Shown here piece by piece: positions 1-11,445 of a DNA stretch of 64,000 nucleotides (positions within the stretch are counted from its first letter, which is position 1; each line of letters begins with the position of its first letter). The notes beneath the pieces were generated by a model that ran no database searches, had not been told where the DNA came from, and worked only from the letters and a program-made list of their open reading frames with translations. A program made the translations under genes and the position numbers. The stretch is from Octopus vulgaris (lineage: Eukaryota): assembly GCA_951406725.2 (NCBI GenBank), contig OX597839.1, forward strand, positions 10,168,001-10,232,000. Direction: 5' to 3'.

Positions 1-67
1 ACCCCGGTCGAACTGTCCAACCCATGCTAGCATGAGAAACGGACGTTAAACGATGATGATGATGATG
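1..67 (+). mobile_element. 3' tail of a SINE (family F) ending in (GAT)n
   Basis: tccaacccatgctagcatg..acggacgttaaacgatgatg recurs at 60582-60650 (+) and reverse-complemented at about 4664-4700. Confidence 0.65.
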
Positions 68-344
68 AAAGAAAACTATTTTCATTGTAAACATTATTGT
101 TGTTGTTGTCAACATCGTCATAATCCTCATCACCAACAGAAACATTATCATCATAAACATCACTGTCATCATCATCAACAATAACAAAAGCATTATCATC
201 ATCACCATTTCACCACCTTCATCATCATTGTCACATCATCACAAACATCATCACCACTACCACCACCACCACCACCACCACCACCATCATTACAAGATTG
301 TGCATTGTATTAATATGTAATTTTTTTCGTTTTTTTTTTCATAG

Positions 345-1384
345 ATATACGAGGTCCAACCATGCAGCAACCTCCACCTCCACACGGACAAGCTGGCCCC
401 ATGGTAGCCCCAAATCAGATGCCTATGATACGACAGGGACCACCAGGAATGCAGTGTCGACCAGGACCAGGTGGTCCAGACCCTAATGGCCCTCCTCCTC
501 CTCTCGGCAACCAACAGGGACCTCCACCTCCAGGACAGTACATGCAGGGTGGGGATGGCCCCGAGAACAACCAGTCCCGACCCCCAGGCAGTGAAGGTGA
601 AATGGGCAATCTCAGTCACCGCGACAAGGATTACCGACAGGGGGGTTCCAATATAAATGATGGCAACTTCATGCCACATGACATGAGGGGTGGTGATGGG
701 GGAGGAGGTGGAGGAGGGGGCATGCCCCCACGTGAAGGCATGGGTGGAGGTCGACGAGGTGACATGAATATGGGACATGGTGGTGGTGGTGGTGGTCAAC
801 GCTTCAACAATGACCGACCCCCAAACCAGTGGCCACAGGATGGCCCAGACATGTCGCAACGTGACAACCAGCCGTATGACAGATCCATGGACGAATATCA
901 TGACATTGACGAGAGGATGGAGCGTAGCCGTGGTTACCACCATCACCAACAACAGCAGGGCCGGAATCAAGGGGGTTTTGGCCCACCTCAAATGAACAAT
1001 CCCAACCATCCTGATGCAATGCACCGGGATGATTTTGAACACCACCGGAGGATGGGTAATGACTCTGGTGGTCCTGACCAGGGTATGGACATGGGTAACA
1101 GCCGCAAGCGTCACTGGGATGATGACCAGATGAACGTCCCACCCCCTGCTATGATGGACATGCGAGACAAGTACAATCGACAAGACATGGGGCCTGATTT
1201 CTCGTCTGTCCGCAACAACAGCAACAATTACAACCAAGACTATAACTCCGGACCACGCGGCAGCGGCGGTGGTGGTGGTGGTGGTGGTGGCGGAGGGTTC
1301 AGGGGAGGACGCAACAATCGCAACAACAATCGAAATGGTGGTAGGGGCCCATACCGAGGGGGGCGCAACAATCGGTGTAGATAA
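345..1384 (+). CDS. WDR33: Terminal coding exon, low-complexity Gly/Pro/Gln/Met/Arg/Asn-rich C-terminus; probably pre-mRNA 3'-end processing factor WDR33
   Basis: Polypyrimidine tract plus AG acceptor (tttttttcgttttttttttcatag, 321-344), then an open GC-rich frame (IRGPTMQQPPP...RGGRNNRCR*) ending in TAA at 1382-1384. GPP-rich then RGG-rich. The motif QGMDMGNSRKRHWDD recalls QGMDMASLPPRKRPWHD in the human WDR33 tail (from memory). Upstream exons lie outside the window. The exon is near certain; the gene name is less so. Confidence 0.7.
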
Positions 1385-2042
1385 TACCAAATCCACTCTT
1401 TGTGCAGGATCATACATGCTGACACATACACACACACATTAATGTCTGCGTGTGTGTGTGTGTATATATATATAGATACACATATATATATATAGATACA
1501 CATACACACATACATACATACACATATATACACACACACATATATACATACAGACATGCACACACACGTATGTGTGTATGTAACATACATAACATCATCC
1601 TCCCTTTATGTCGTTGGCCCACCCTGGCTCCCACCACTTTCTTCTCCTCTTTACCAGACCCACATATCCTCCTGCCGTTCTCCTTACCAAAGCAATATAC
1701 CCCATTTCTGGTCCTCCACTTTCCTCTTCGGTCGAGCGTTCAGTATTCCCTGTTATTGTAGTACCACTGTTGTGCGTCTACCAAGGGTAGATAGATTATT
1801 GTTTCATATACACACTGACACAGATGTGTACACACACACACACATACACACACACATGCATACACATGCTAATCCAGTTGTTATTCGTCTCCAGTCTTTT
1901 TTTTTTTTGTTGATGGATATGATGGAAACATGTATGCATGGGTATACAAATATATACACATATATACATTTGTGTATATTCATCAACATATGCATATTTG
2001 TACATAATTCCATATGTATAGACATAAATATATGCAAGAGTT

Positions 2043-2048
2043 AATAAA
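2043..2048 (+). promoter_or_regulatory. Candidate polyadenylation signal AATAAA for the upstream gene (alternative at 2331-2340)
   Basis: First AATAAA noticed downstream of the stop codon; overlapping AATAAATAAA at 2331-2340 is followed by a GT-rich tract. Confidence 0.4.
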
Positions 2049-2099
2049 ATGACTGAGAAAAAAATGTATTATCTTCCCTATACACACACACACATGCAT

Positions 2100-2130
<31 letters not shown>

Positions 2131-2861
2131 TGTTTTTATGTTCAGTTAAAGCAGTTTTACATTAATCTGATGGGTTACTCTATACCTTTGTAGAGTACAG
2201 ATTTATTCTTAAACAAGAAGGTTGTTGACAGTGACTTTGAAGTTGTGGCCAGCTAAGCCATTGTCTGACAATGGGGTTAGCTGGCGGAAACTTCCAAAGT
2301 CACTGTTGATAATATTTTTCGTTTAAGAATAATAAATAAATAAGCATGTGTGTGTGTGTGTGTGTGTGTGCGTGTGTGCATGTGTGTGATATTGACTTTT
2401 GAAAAATCTATAAATACAAATAATAAAAGTTCTATGAAAAATATTCCAAATTGATTTAATAAATATTAAGAAGCAAACACACACACACACACACACACTC
2501 ACATATATAAATATAAACAGAGATATGCATACACACACACACATGCACTCACATATATAAATATAAACAGAGATATGCAAACACACATACTCATACACAA
2601 TAGAGCAACAAACACTCATATAGTTACACACAAACTAGATTAAATAGTACTCAATAGCGGAGATAGTGTTTAGTTTTAGTATTTTGAAACTGTATCTTCA
2701 CTAATTGCGTTTCTAGACACTTGTTCTGGATCCTCAGGTTACTACTTAAGTTAACTGAGGATTGTGAAACTAGTAGTTGCAACGTGTATATATATATATA
2801 TTTATATATATATATATATAGTCCAGTCGGAGATGAAACATCATTCTATAAAATCCTTATA

Positions 2862-3020
2862 GGCGTAGGAGGGGCTGTGTGGTAAGGATCTTGCTTACCA
2901 ACCACATGGTTCCAGGTTCAATCCCACTGCATGGCACCTTGTGCAAGTGTCTTTTACTATAGCCTCGGGCCGACCAAAGTCTTGTGAGCGGATTTGGTAG
3001 GCGGAAACTCAAAGAAGCCC

Positions 3021-3063
<43 letters not shown>

Positions 3064-3428
3064 GTTTGCGTGTATATGTTTGTGTGTCTGTGTTTGACCC
3101 CACCAACATCGCTTGACAACCTATGCTGGTGTGTTTACATCCCCGTAACTTAGACACAAAAACACACACATGTGGCTATCTTCTATATTGATCCATCTAG
3201 ATGTGTGTGTTTTTGTGTCTGTGTTTGTTCCCCAGCACTGCTTGACAATCAGTGTTGGTATGTTTACACACCTGTAACTTAGTGGTTCAGCAAAAGCGAC
3301 TAATAGAATAAGGACCAGGCTTTTAAAAGAAGAAAATAAGCACTGGCCTTGATTCATTCAGCTAAAATTTCTTCAAGACTCTGCCCTAGTGTGGCTACAG
3401 TCTAATGAGGAGTGAAGCAATTAAAAGA
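2862..3428 (+). mobile_element. tRNA-derived SINE family A (CORE-like domain, internal TA/TG tract) with a partly duplicated 3' half
   Basis: A/B-box head (tggctgtgtggtaag / ggttcaatccc), CORE-like gcaccttg(g)gcaagtgtctt, many similar copies in the window. Confidence 0.85.
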
Positions 3429-3515
3429 TATGTTTGTGTGTGTGTATCTGTGTGTATTATATATATATATATATATATTATATATATGATATATATATAT
3501 ATATATATATGATGA

Positions 3516-3571
<56 letters not shown>

Positions 3572-3600
3572 ATGATATATATATATATATATATATATGA

Positions 3601-3641
<41 letters not shown>

Positions 3642-4469
3642 TATATATATAGGAGCACTTGCTTGTCTAATAATAGTCATGTCTATAGCTTGCTTACTTG
3701 AATTGAAGTATACATGCTCATTCAGGACAAAACACATTTCTGAATTTTCCGACACACATCATCATTATCAACAGCGACAACAAGACTGATACGAGATTTC
3801 ACAAGACTAAACATCCTCCTTACACACACACACATAACTAGAAACCTGAATCTCAAACATCACAATCATCATCATCATAATCAGCATCGTTAGCAAGAGA
3901 ACACTTTGTTGTTTAAAATTGGTGAGGAAGCAGGGTACTATATTAAAGAACGGGGCCGTTTCATATTGGCATTTACTAGAGATGTAGTCTGTTGTATATT
4001 GATGGTAGAATTTGATGGAAAGTGGTGGCGGGGGTTGTTTTTGGTGGAGTTGGACTGTTTTCTTGGAGGAGTTGTTTGGTGGAGGAATTGTGTTTGCGAA
4101 ATTGTTGGAGAAATTCAGGGATTTCACAGAAGTGATGGAGGTAGCTGAGATTGGTTGTTGTTCACAGTGCTGACGAAGGAATTCTATTCGTGGGATTCAC
4201 TGCAGAAGCTCGAATCCACAGAATCGATTATCGACGGTGGAATTTTTAGGGTTGAGAGGAATATCACTGTTGAATTCTGTCCCATGGAGTTTTGGAAGAA
4301 TTCATTCAGTTGTTGATGAAAGACAAACATGTATTGATTATTGATTTGTAAACCAAGAGAAAAAAAAAAGAAACAAAAAAAATCCTGAAAACCAAAAACC
4401 CCAAAAAAAAAACCAACAAAAGATACCATTAGTTATTTGTTTATTTCTTTATCGTTGTTATTTTATCTT

Positions 4470-4554
<85 letters not shown>

Positions 4555-4663
4555 TATATATATATATAAAATGCAAAAATGGGACAAGACATCCAGGCAG
4601 GTGATACAAAAAAGGGGCAACAAAACATCCTGACAGATGATACAAGGAAAACAAGGATGGGTC

Positions 4664-4975
4664 ATTCGTCCGCTTTCCATGCTAGCATGGGTTGGACGTA
4701 TGACTGAGGGGTGGCGAACCAGATGGCTGCACCAGGCTCCAATCTTGATCTGGCAGAGTTTGTACAGCTGGATGCCCTTCCTAACACCAACCACTCTGAG
4801 AGTGTAGTGGGTGCTTTTACGTGCCACTGGCACGCGGGCCAGTCAGGCGGCACTGGCAATGACCTCGCTCGAATCTTTTACACATGCCACCGGCGCGGGT
4901 GCCAGTAAGGCGATGCTGGTAACGATCCCACCCGAATGGTGTTTTTTACGTGCCACCGGCACGGAGGCCAGATAG
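4664..4975 (-). mobile_element. SINE family F, 3' part
   Basis: Reverse complement of the tail at 1-67 plus body (ggatgcccttcctaac, gtgccac(c/t)ggcac repeats). Confidence 0.65.
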
Positions 4976-5354
4976 CTATCAACTACTTCTAGTTTTTTCT
5001 CCCTGGGATGGGGCAGAAGTTGTTCTCTGCGCATTTTTAGTGCTTATTGCTCCCGAGCATCTGCCACATACAAAAACTATCTTCCCCGTTAGCCTTCCTT
5101 TGATATTGTCTTTGCAATTTCGACTGTCTTTGATGTACCTAAGTCACACCGGTGGTTCGTTTTCATTCATGGAAATTTCATTCCATAGTATATGGGCTAT
5201 AATTTTGTTCAGCCATCCTTCGCATCAGTGTTTCTTCACTTTTGAAACATTAGGGGGCATCAGTTTTCTATGTATCAGAGAGAGAGAGAATATATATTGT
5301 GGAAACCTAGCCAGTCAATCCAGTATGCCTGGTTTTCATGAAAATTAAATTTAA

Positions 5355-5568
5355 CCCTTTAGCATTTAAACCAGCCATATCTAACCAAAATATTCTACCT
5401 GTTTTATGTTCAAACTGGCCAGATGTGACCTTTCACACCTACCCTACAATGTCTTTCTCCGAATATACTATCATACATCAAAATCTCAAAGCTACGAGAT
5501 AATACATTATTAATTCAAAACAATATAAATAAACAAGCAGCAGATAGAATTATCTAAGTGCTAAAGGG
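5355..5568. mobile_element. piggyBac-type MITE
   Basis: TTAA|CCCTTTAGCA ... TGCTAAAGGG|TTAA: terminal inverted repeats with a TTAA target-site duplication. Confidence 0.85.
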
Positions 5569-5605
5569 TTAAACTGAGTCTATCCAGTGCAAATATTCTA
5601 CAATA

Positions 5606-5909
5606 GGTGCAGGAGTGGCTGTGTGGAAAGTAGCTTGCTTACCAACCACATGGTCCCGGGTTCAGTCCCACTGCATAGCACCTTGGGCAAGTGTCTTCTA
5701 GTATAACCTCGGGCCGACCAAAGCCTTGTAAGTGAATTTGGTAGACGGAAACTGGAAGAAGCCTGTTGTATATGCATATATATATATATGTTTGTGTGTC
5801 TGTTTGTACTCCCAGGATCACTTGACAACTGATGCTGGTGTGTTTACGTCCCCCATAACTTAGCGGTTCGGCAAACGAGACCGATTGAATAAGTACTAGG
5901 CTTACAAAG
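5606..5909 (+). mobile_element. SINE family A, 3'-truncated
   Basis: Same head and body as the copy at 13904-14297. Confidence 0.85.
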
Positions 5910-5939
5910 TGCCTATGACAAGAGGGAGGAGAGGTTATG

Positions 5940-6545
5940 AAACTATGTCAGATGTTCTGTGAGAGTTGTAGACTGGGTTGATGGATGAAGTGAAGTTCCA
6001 GCTGTGTGAAGGTTGACATGGAGAGTGGAACAGTACAGCAGATAAAGCCATAGAAGTTGGCATGAAGGTTTGGAAAGAATGGTTTCCGGTTGTTAGATGC
6101 CAGATATTGAGGAACAAGATATTGCGAAATCTTTTGTACACACAGTTCGGATAGAATTGGAAGCTGTTGGTAGGAATGGTCCACATGTATAAAAAAAGAA
6201 GTTCTAAATGTTTTTTCACCATAAGGACACCACAGTTCATCCAGTGAGTTCAAAACATTACTGATGATTCCAGAAAAACGAGGGCCATTGCCAAAGAACA
6301 GTGGTGTATGAGGACATTCAATACAAATTGTATGTACTGTAGAGAGGCCAGTTCATGTTTGCAAAGACTGGAAAACTGATCCACCGAGAAGATGGCATGA
6401 TTTGATTCCTCTTTGATGAGTAAAACTGACCAAAACCAAAAGCTGAATATGAAAAATGACATTATTATGTACAGATCCTTCCGATGTCTTCTGGTTGATG
6501 AACAAGTTTCCAGCAATTGTGATGGTTTTTTGAAGTGGTGAATAA
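5940..6545 (-). pseudogene. Highly degenerate Penelope-like reverse transcriptase fragment
   Basis: Remnants such as IKEESNHAIFSVDQF, MALVFLES, GVLM and QLELHFIHQPSLQLS resemble PLE RT segments (IKDTNHAL, LALxYFL, GVAMG, LExFIxFxxxFHPxLQFT); many frameshifts. Confidence 0.45.
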
Positions 6546-6574
6546 TGAAGATCATATGCTACCTCACACCAAGA

Positions 6575-7045
6575 TCCTTAGAATTACTTAATGCTGCAGG
6601 CTGCATTGAAAATTGTTGAGTTCTGGGTGGATGATGTACGTAGTGAAAGGTCAAAAGTTAAAATCTCAGTACATTCTCACAAAACCCATTTAATCCAAGA
6701 TCGGATGTCAGTCAACCTTTATGATCAAGTAACTTCAAACTTGTGGCTTCCAAATTCACCAGATTTAAATTCCATGGATGAGTACTGGAGTGTTGTTTAA
6801 AGGGAGACTAATCGACATCCTCCCAAACCACAGCTTTACGGAAGATTACCATTGTCCAGGTGATGAATAAGGATCATTTAATGTAAGCATGTCTCGCATT
6901 AAAGAAGTCATCGAAGTTTATGGTGGATTCACAGCTTAATCCTAATCCTATCAGAAAGTTTATCAGGAGCATTTGCACGAATTTCTATTAAAATAAATTT
7001 GGTTTTATTAAATTACCAAATAAGTCTACAAATACTACTTATACT
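6575..7045 (+). mobile_element. Tc1/mariner-superfamily (DD37D-like) transposase C-terminal relic
   Basis: HSHKT...LWLPNSPDLNSMDEYWSVV*RETNRHP matches the WPPxSPDLNPxDYxWSxxE motif. Confidence 0.75.
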
Positions 7046-7169
7046 CTATCATTCTCGTGTTGTATTTGGTAAAATGTGACTGATAAAATAAGGTTTAAGA
7101 AAAAGAAAATATTAGACTAAAATGTCTTCAAGGAGGTTCCCTAGCGTGGCTGCTGTCTATAGACAGACC

Positions 7170-7459
7170 AGTGGGGGGAAGGGTATCTTTTTTTTCTTCA
7201 CAAATGTAAATAAACCCAATTTGTTTCTTAAACGAGGGACATATTCATACAGCGCAGAATATTTTCACCTCAATGGACGTCATTGATTGGTTGGAATTGA
7301 GGAAATAAACAACAAATATCTTACAAACCATAGAATTTTCTCAATAAAGCCAAGAGAAAAAGATGTTTTATAAACACATTCTACCAGTATACGAAGTTTA
7401 AAAGTGTTTAGTTACGTGGAAATTATTTTTAAAAACTGCCAGTCAAACCGAAAGATCCC
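7170..7459 (+). mobile_element. Partial copy of the MITE at 9608-10012
   Basis: Aligns with 9727-10012, including the right terminus aaaactgcc.gtcaaaccgaaagatcc. Confidence 0.8.
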
Positions 7460-7911
7460 AAAAACTTTATAAGAAATGTTGAAAGTGTCGTCCTTCATTT
7501 TCAGTACATAAGTTGACTCTTCCACACGTTTTTAAATACATCTTGGAGGAAAAAAATTCATGGGTGAGAGACTGTTTGAACACTGTATATGAGACTATAT
7601 TATTCAATGTGTCGTCGTTCTGTTTAACAGTTTAGTTTGGTATGTCTTCCAGCGGTGTTTTCTCTTTCAGCTTGGTATCACTATATCTGTTGCATCGACC
7701 TCAACAATCTGTAGAAGCCCTGAAAAGACCCCGATTGTTGCTTATTGCCCCTCTAATAAATAGACGAGAGAGAAAATAATAAAAATTATAATGGTAAGAA
7801 GAAAACAAACAAAAAAAAAAGCGAATATTGAGTTTGAGCTTGCAACTGAATAGGGAGAAAGCTGAGGTATGTCAATGCGAGTTATCTCCCTTAGACTTCA
7901 TGTTTTGAAAC

Positions 7912-8130
7912 CTGGCAGACACGTTAGCGCGCCGGGCGAGATGCTTAGCGGTATTTCGTCTGTCGTTACGTTCTGAGTTCAAATTCCGCCGCGGTCATCT
8001 TTGCCTTTCATCCTTTCGGGGTCGATAAATAAAGTCCCAGTTTTGCACTGGGGTCGATATAATCGACTCAATCTCTTCGTCTGTCCTTGTTTGTCCCCTC
8101 TATGTTTAGCCCCTCCTGGGCAGTAAAGAA
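7912..8130 (+). mobile_element. tRNA-derived SINE family B (Meta/MESC-like domain)
   Basis: ctggcaga..cgttagc head, gagttcaaattcc B-box, tttgcctttcatcctttcggggtcgataaa..aagt.ccag domain. Confidence 0.85.
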
Positions 8131-8364
8131 ATATATACGTACGCGCGGGCAAGCACACATACACTCACGCAAAAACTTGCACACACACGTTCTCGTACAC
8201 ATCCCCACGTCATTTACACACATATATATAATATCATAAGTCCGTTTATAAAATAGACACATTTATATATGCATGCATATATATGTACAGATTTGTAATT
8301 TTTGTTTTATGTATGCATATAGTTGCATGTCTACACACGCTCATATATGCTTAAATGATAAACT

Positions 8365-8590
8365 TCTGGAAAGTTTTATACAAAATTTGCAGTTCCAGTG
8401 ATGAATTGGATCTGTAGTCTTCGAATCGGCTTTCTCTTTCAGATTTTCAGAAGCCTAATTTCTCAAGATTGAGATTTAGGCAGTGTGTTACTTAATCCCA
8501 GTGCCCCAATAATTTACAGGTATAAACCCGAAATTGTAATCTGGATAGATTAGCGGTAGATTCTTCAATAGTACAGCGTAAGTATTTTTG
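8365..8590 (-). mobile_element. Non-LTR retrotransposon C-terminal restriction-like endonuclease relic
   Basis: Reverse translation gives KY.VLLKNL..IYPDYNFGFIPV.IIGALG..LEKLGF, typical of the REL C-terminus. Confidence 0.45.
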
Positions 8591-8847
8591 TTGTTGTTGG
8601 TGTTTAGCTTTATGTTAATACCCGCTGCGCAGCAAAGGCGGCGAGAAACGTTAGCGCGCCGGACGAAATGCTTTGTGGTATATCGTACGTCTGTTACTGA
8701 AAATTTATTGTTGGAGTGTGTTCGTAAGTTTCTATTAATTGTTATATTTCTTGTTGTGCCTATTGTTGAAAAAAAATTGTAGTATAGTTTTCTTTCGAAA
8801 GCTATCTGGTTTTTCCCCCGTGGGGGAAAACATTAATTGCCGGCAAG

Positions 8848-9607
8848 ATGTCGAAAAGTTCGTGTTCTTCGTCGGGGGACGAAGCATCAATTAAACGAGA
8901 AGCAAAGAAAATAGAAAGCTTAATTTTTGACAACGTTTTTGATGTGTCGGAAAGCGAATTTCCAAGAGTTACGAACACCAAAATGAAGACAGAAAAAAGG
9001 ACCATCTAAAATGAAGAAAAGAAAAGTTTTGCGTCAGCGGTTGGTGGTGGAACGCGACAGCTGTCAACCGACATAAAAGAATTATTAAAATATATAGATA
9101 TGATAACAGAATGAGATAGAATGGTAAAGGTGGAAATACCAGAAGAATTAACGGAGGAAAAAAAGAAAAACATTATTTTTAAGACATTTTGCTTAGAAGA
9201 TCGTAAAATTGATAGAATATGTGAAGAAAAAATTGAAAAATATCTAAAACCCATCTGGCAGGACATTACATATCTAGCGAGAGGGAAGAAGTTTGGAACC
9301 ATCGTGGTGAGGTTCAAGAATGCAGAAACGGCACAAAAACACTCTAAAAAATTTTTAGAGTCGGAAGACACTATGTTAATCCCAATTTACATGGGAATGA
9401 GACCGTCAAAAGTGAGAATGCCAAGAATTCCGCCCGGAGTAAACCTTATGTGCTTGATGGCGGCAGTCCTGGCAAAGAGGGAAGATAATATTAACCTCCT
9501 GCAGGCTACCGTTACAGAAAGTACATGTCAAACGCTTAACATCGTATTGCAGGCTGACCAAAAAATTTTAGAACAGCTCCCAGAAATCGTGGAAGTAGGG
9601 GAGGAAG
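8848..9607 (+). pseudogene. LINE (Tx1/L1-like) ORF1 relic, truncated at a MITE
   Basis: One frame from ATG 8848 with two stops: KSFASAV...ITYLARGKKFGTIVVRF...PIYMGMRPSKVRMPRIPPGV, an RRM-like ORF1 pattern. Confidence 0.6.
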
Positions 9608-10012
9608 GGATCTTTTCGGTTTGAACGGCAGTTTTTTCTAGCGGTGTCATATGAAATTGTCACCCATAATTATGACCCTAGTATCGATCTATTGCATTTC
9701 AATCTGTTTTAGGGTTAAGGTTAGGGGTGGGGGAAGGATACCTTTTTTTCTTCAGAAATATAAACCCAATCTGTTTCTTAAACGAGGGACATATTCATAT
9801 GGCACAGAATGTTTTTTTTTACCTCAAATACGTCATTGATTGGTTCAAATTGAAGAAAAAACCCAACAAATATCTTACAAACTATAGAATTTTCTCAATA
9901 AAGCCAAGAGAAAAAGATGTTTTATAAACACATTCTAGCAGTATACGAAGTTTAACATTTTTTAGTTACCTAGAAATTACGTTAAAAACTGCCGGTCAAA
10001 CCGAAAAGATCC
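9608..10012. mobile_element. MITE with about 28-bp terminal inverted repeats
   Basis: ggatcttttcggtttgaacggcagtttt ... aaaactgccggtcaaaccgaaaagatcc; second partial copy at 7170. Confidence 0.85.
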
Positions 10013-10330
10013 AAGGCTTCCGTTTTTTTTTTTATCAACGCTAAAGCAATTTCATAAGACGCTTCATTCGTCGCCAAACTTTTACTTCTTTCAACAAATA
10101 TTCATCTCCTCTTGATGTCTTCCTTTTGTTTCTTACTCCTTTATTATTTCCTACCATTTGTTTTCTAGTCTGCTGTGTTAGCGGTCGAGCGTCCATCATC
10201 GACAATATTTCTGTCGCTTATATTTAACAAATTCACTGACTAATCGCGACACCAGCACCTGCTCTAACACTGTTATTCTACATATCGCCCGCAGGGAGGT
10301 GAATCACTGCTATCTCTAGCAGTCGAGTCT

Positions 10331-10377
10331 CCCTCACTGACAAGACCAAGGAAGGTCGAAATCACGGGATCTGGTGG
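10331..10377 (+). ncRNA. Degenerate type-I hammerhead ribozyme motif
   Basis: ccctca-CTGACAA-GACC aaggaa GGTC-GAAA-TC acgg GA-TC-tggtgg; G8 is replaced by A. Confidence 0.5.
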
Positions 10378-11017
10378 TCTGGTGGTGATGGTGACGGTGA
10401 TCATGGTGGTGGCGGGGTTCGTGGTCATGGTGGTGATGGAGAGATTGTTGAAAGTAGTGATGAAGGTAATGGAAGTGGCAATGGTGGTGGTGGGTAGAAC
10501 GAAGGTAGTGGGTGTAGGAGGGTGGGGGGTAATATAGGTGGTGATGGATGTGGGGGGGGGGGGCGGACGTGGGTGAATCGTCGAATGTCAGTAATGCATA
10601 TTACAGTGGAGGGGAAAGACTTGACCCTTAAGACACTTCACAGCTAAACACACAAATGTCTATGAGATGTGTGTGTGTGTGTTTAGAATATGTCAGCACC
10701 AAGCATTTCGATGGCACTCTAAATGAAAGTACCAATAACCCCGCAAATGTTTACCCTCGTGGGGTTAAGTGGTTCGTTGGTTAAGTGTTGGTAATGACAC
10801 GCACTCGTGAAGTTTAGGGTTAAAATCACTATCGGAAAGGTTTCGATTTCGGGTCGCGTTAAGTTATCACTTTCTTTTTCTTTAAATAAATAAGTGTGCA
10901 TGTGTGTGTGTATACGTCTGTATACATACATGCAAACACACATACACGCATATATATAAACACAAATATATATGTGTCTGTGTTTGTCTATCTATGTACA
11001 CGCAGCCACACACACAC

Positions 11018-11445
11018 ATCTATCTATCTGTCTATCTATCTATCTGTCCGTCCATCTATCTATCTATCCATCCATCCATCTATATATCTATCTACCCATC
11101 CATCTATCTATCTATCTGTATGTCTATCTATCCATCCATCCATCCATCCATCTATCTATCTATCTATCTATCCATCCATCCATCTATCTATCCATCTATC
11201 TATCCATCCATCCATCCATCCATCCATCTATCTATCCATCCATCTATCTATCCATCCATCCATCTATCTATCCATCCATCCATCTATCTATCCATCCATC
11301 CATCTATCTATCTATCCATCTATCTATCCATCCATCCATCCATCTATCTATCCATCCATCCATCCATCCATCTATCTATCCATCCATCTATCTATCCATC
11401 CATCCATCCATCCATCTATCTATCCATTCATCTATCTATCTATCT
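11018..11445. repeat. Compound (ATCT)n/(ATCC)n tetranucleotide microsatellite
   Basis: Direct reading; similar tracts at 45973-46110, 47030-47150 and 58205-58415. Confidence 0.95.

Noticed and set aside
362-364. ATG at 362 as gene start
   Set aside because: A strong splice acceptor at 344 with an open frame into the ATG indicates an internal Met of a terminal exon.
290-1435. 381-aa minus-strand ORF
   Set aside because: Antisense shadow of the + strand exon; starts in a (TG)n repeat and has no coherent domain.
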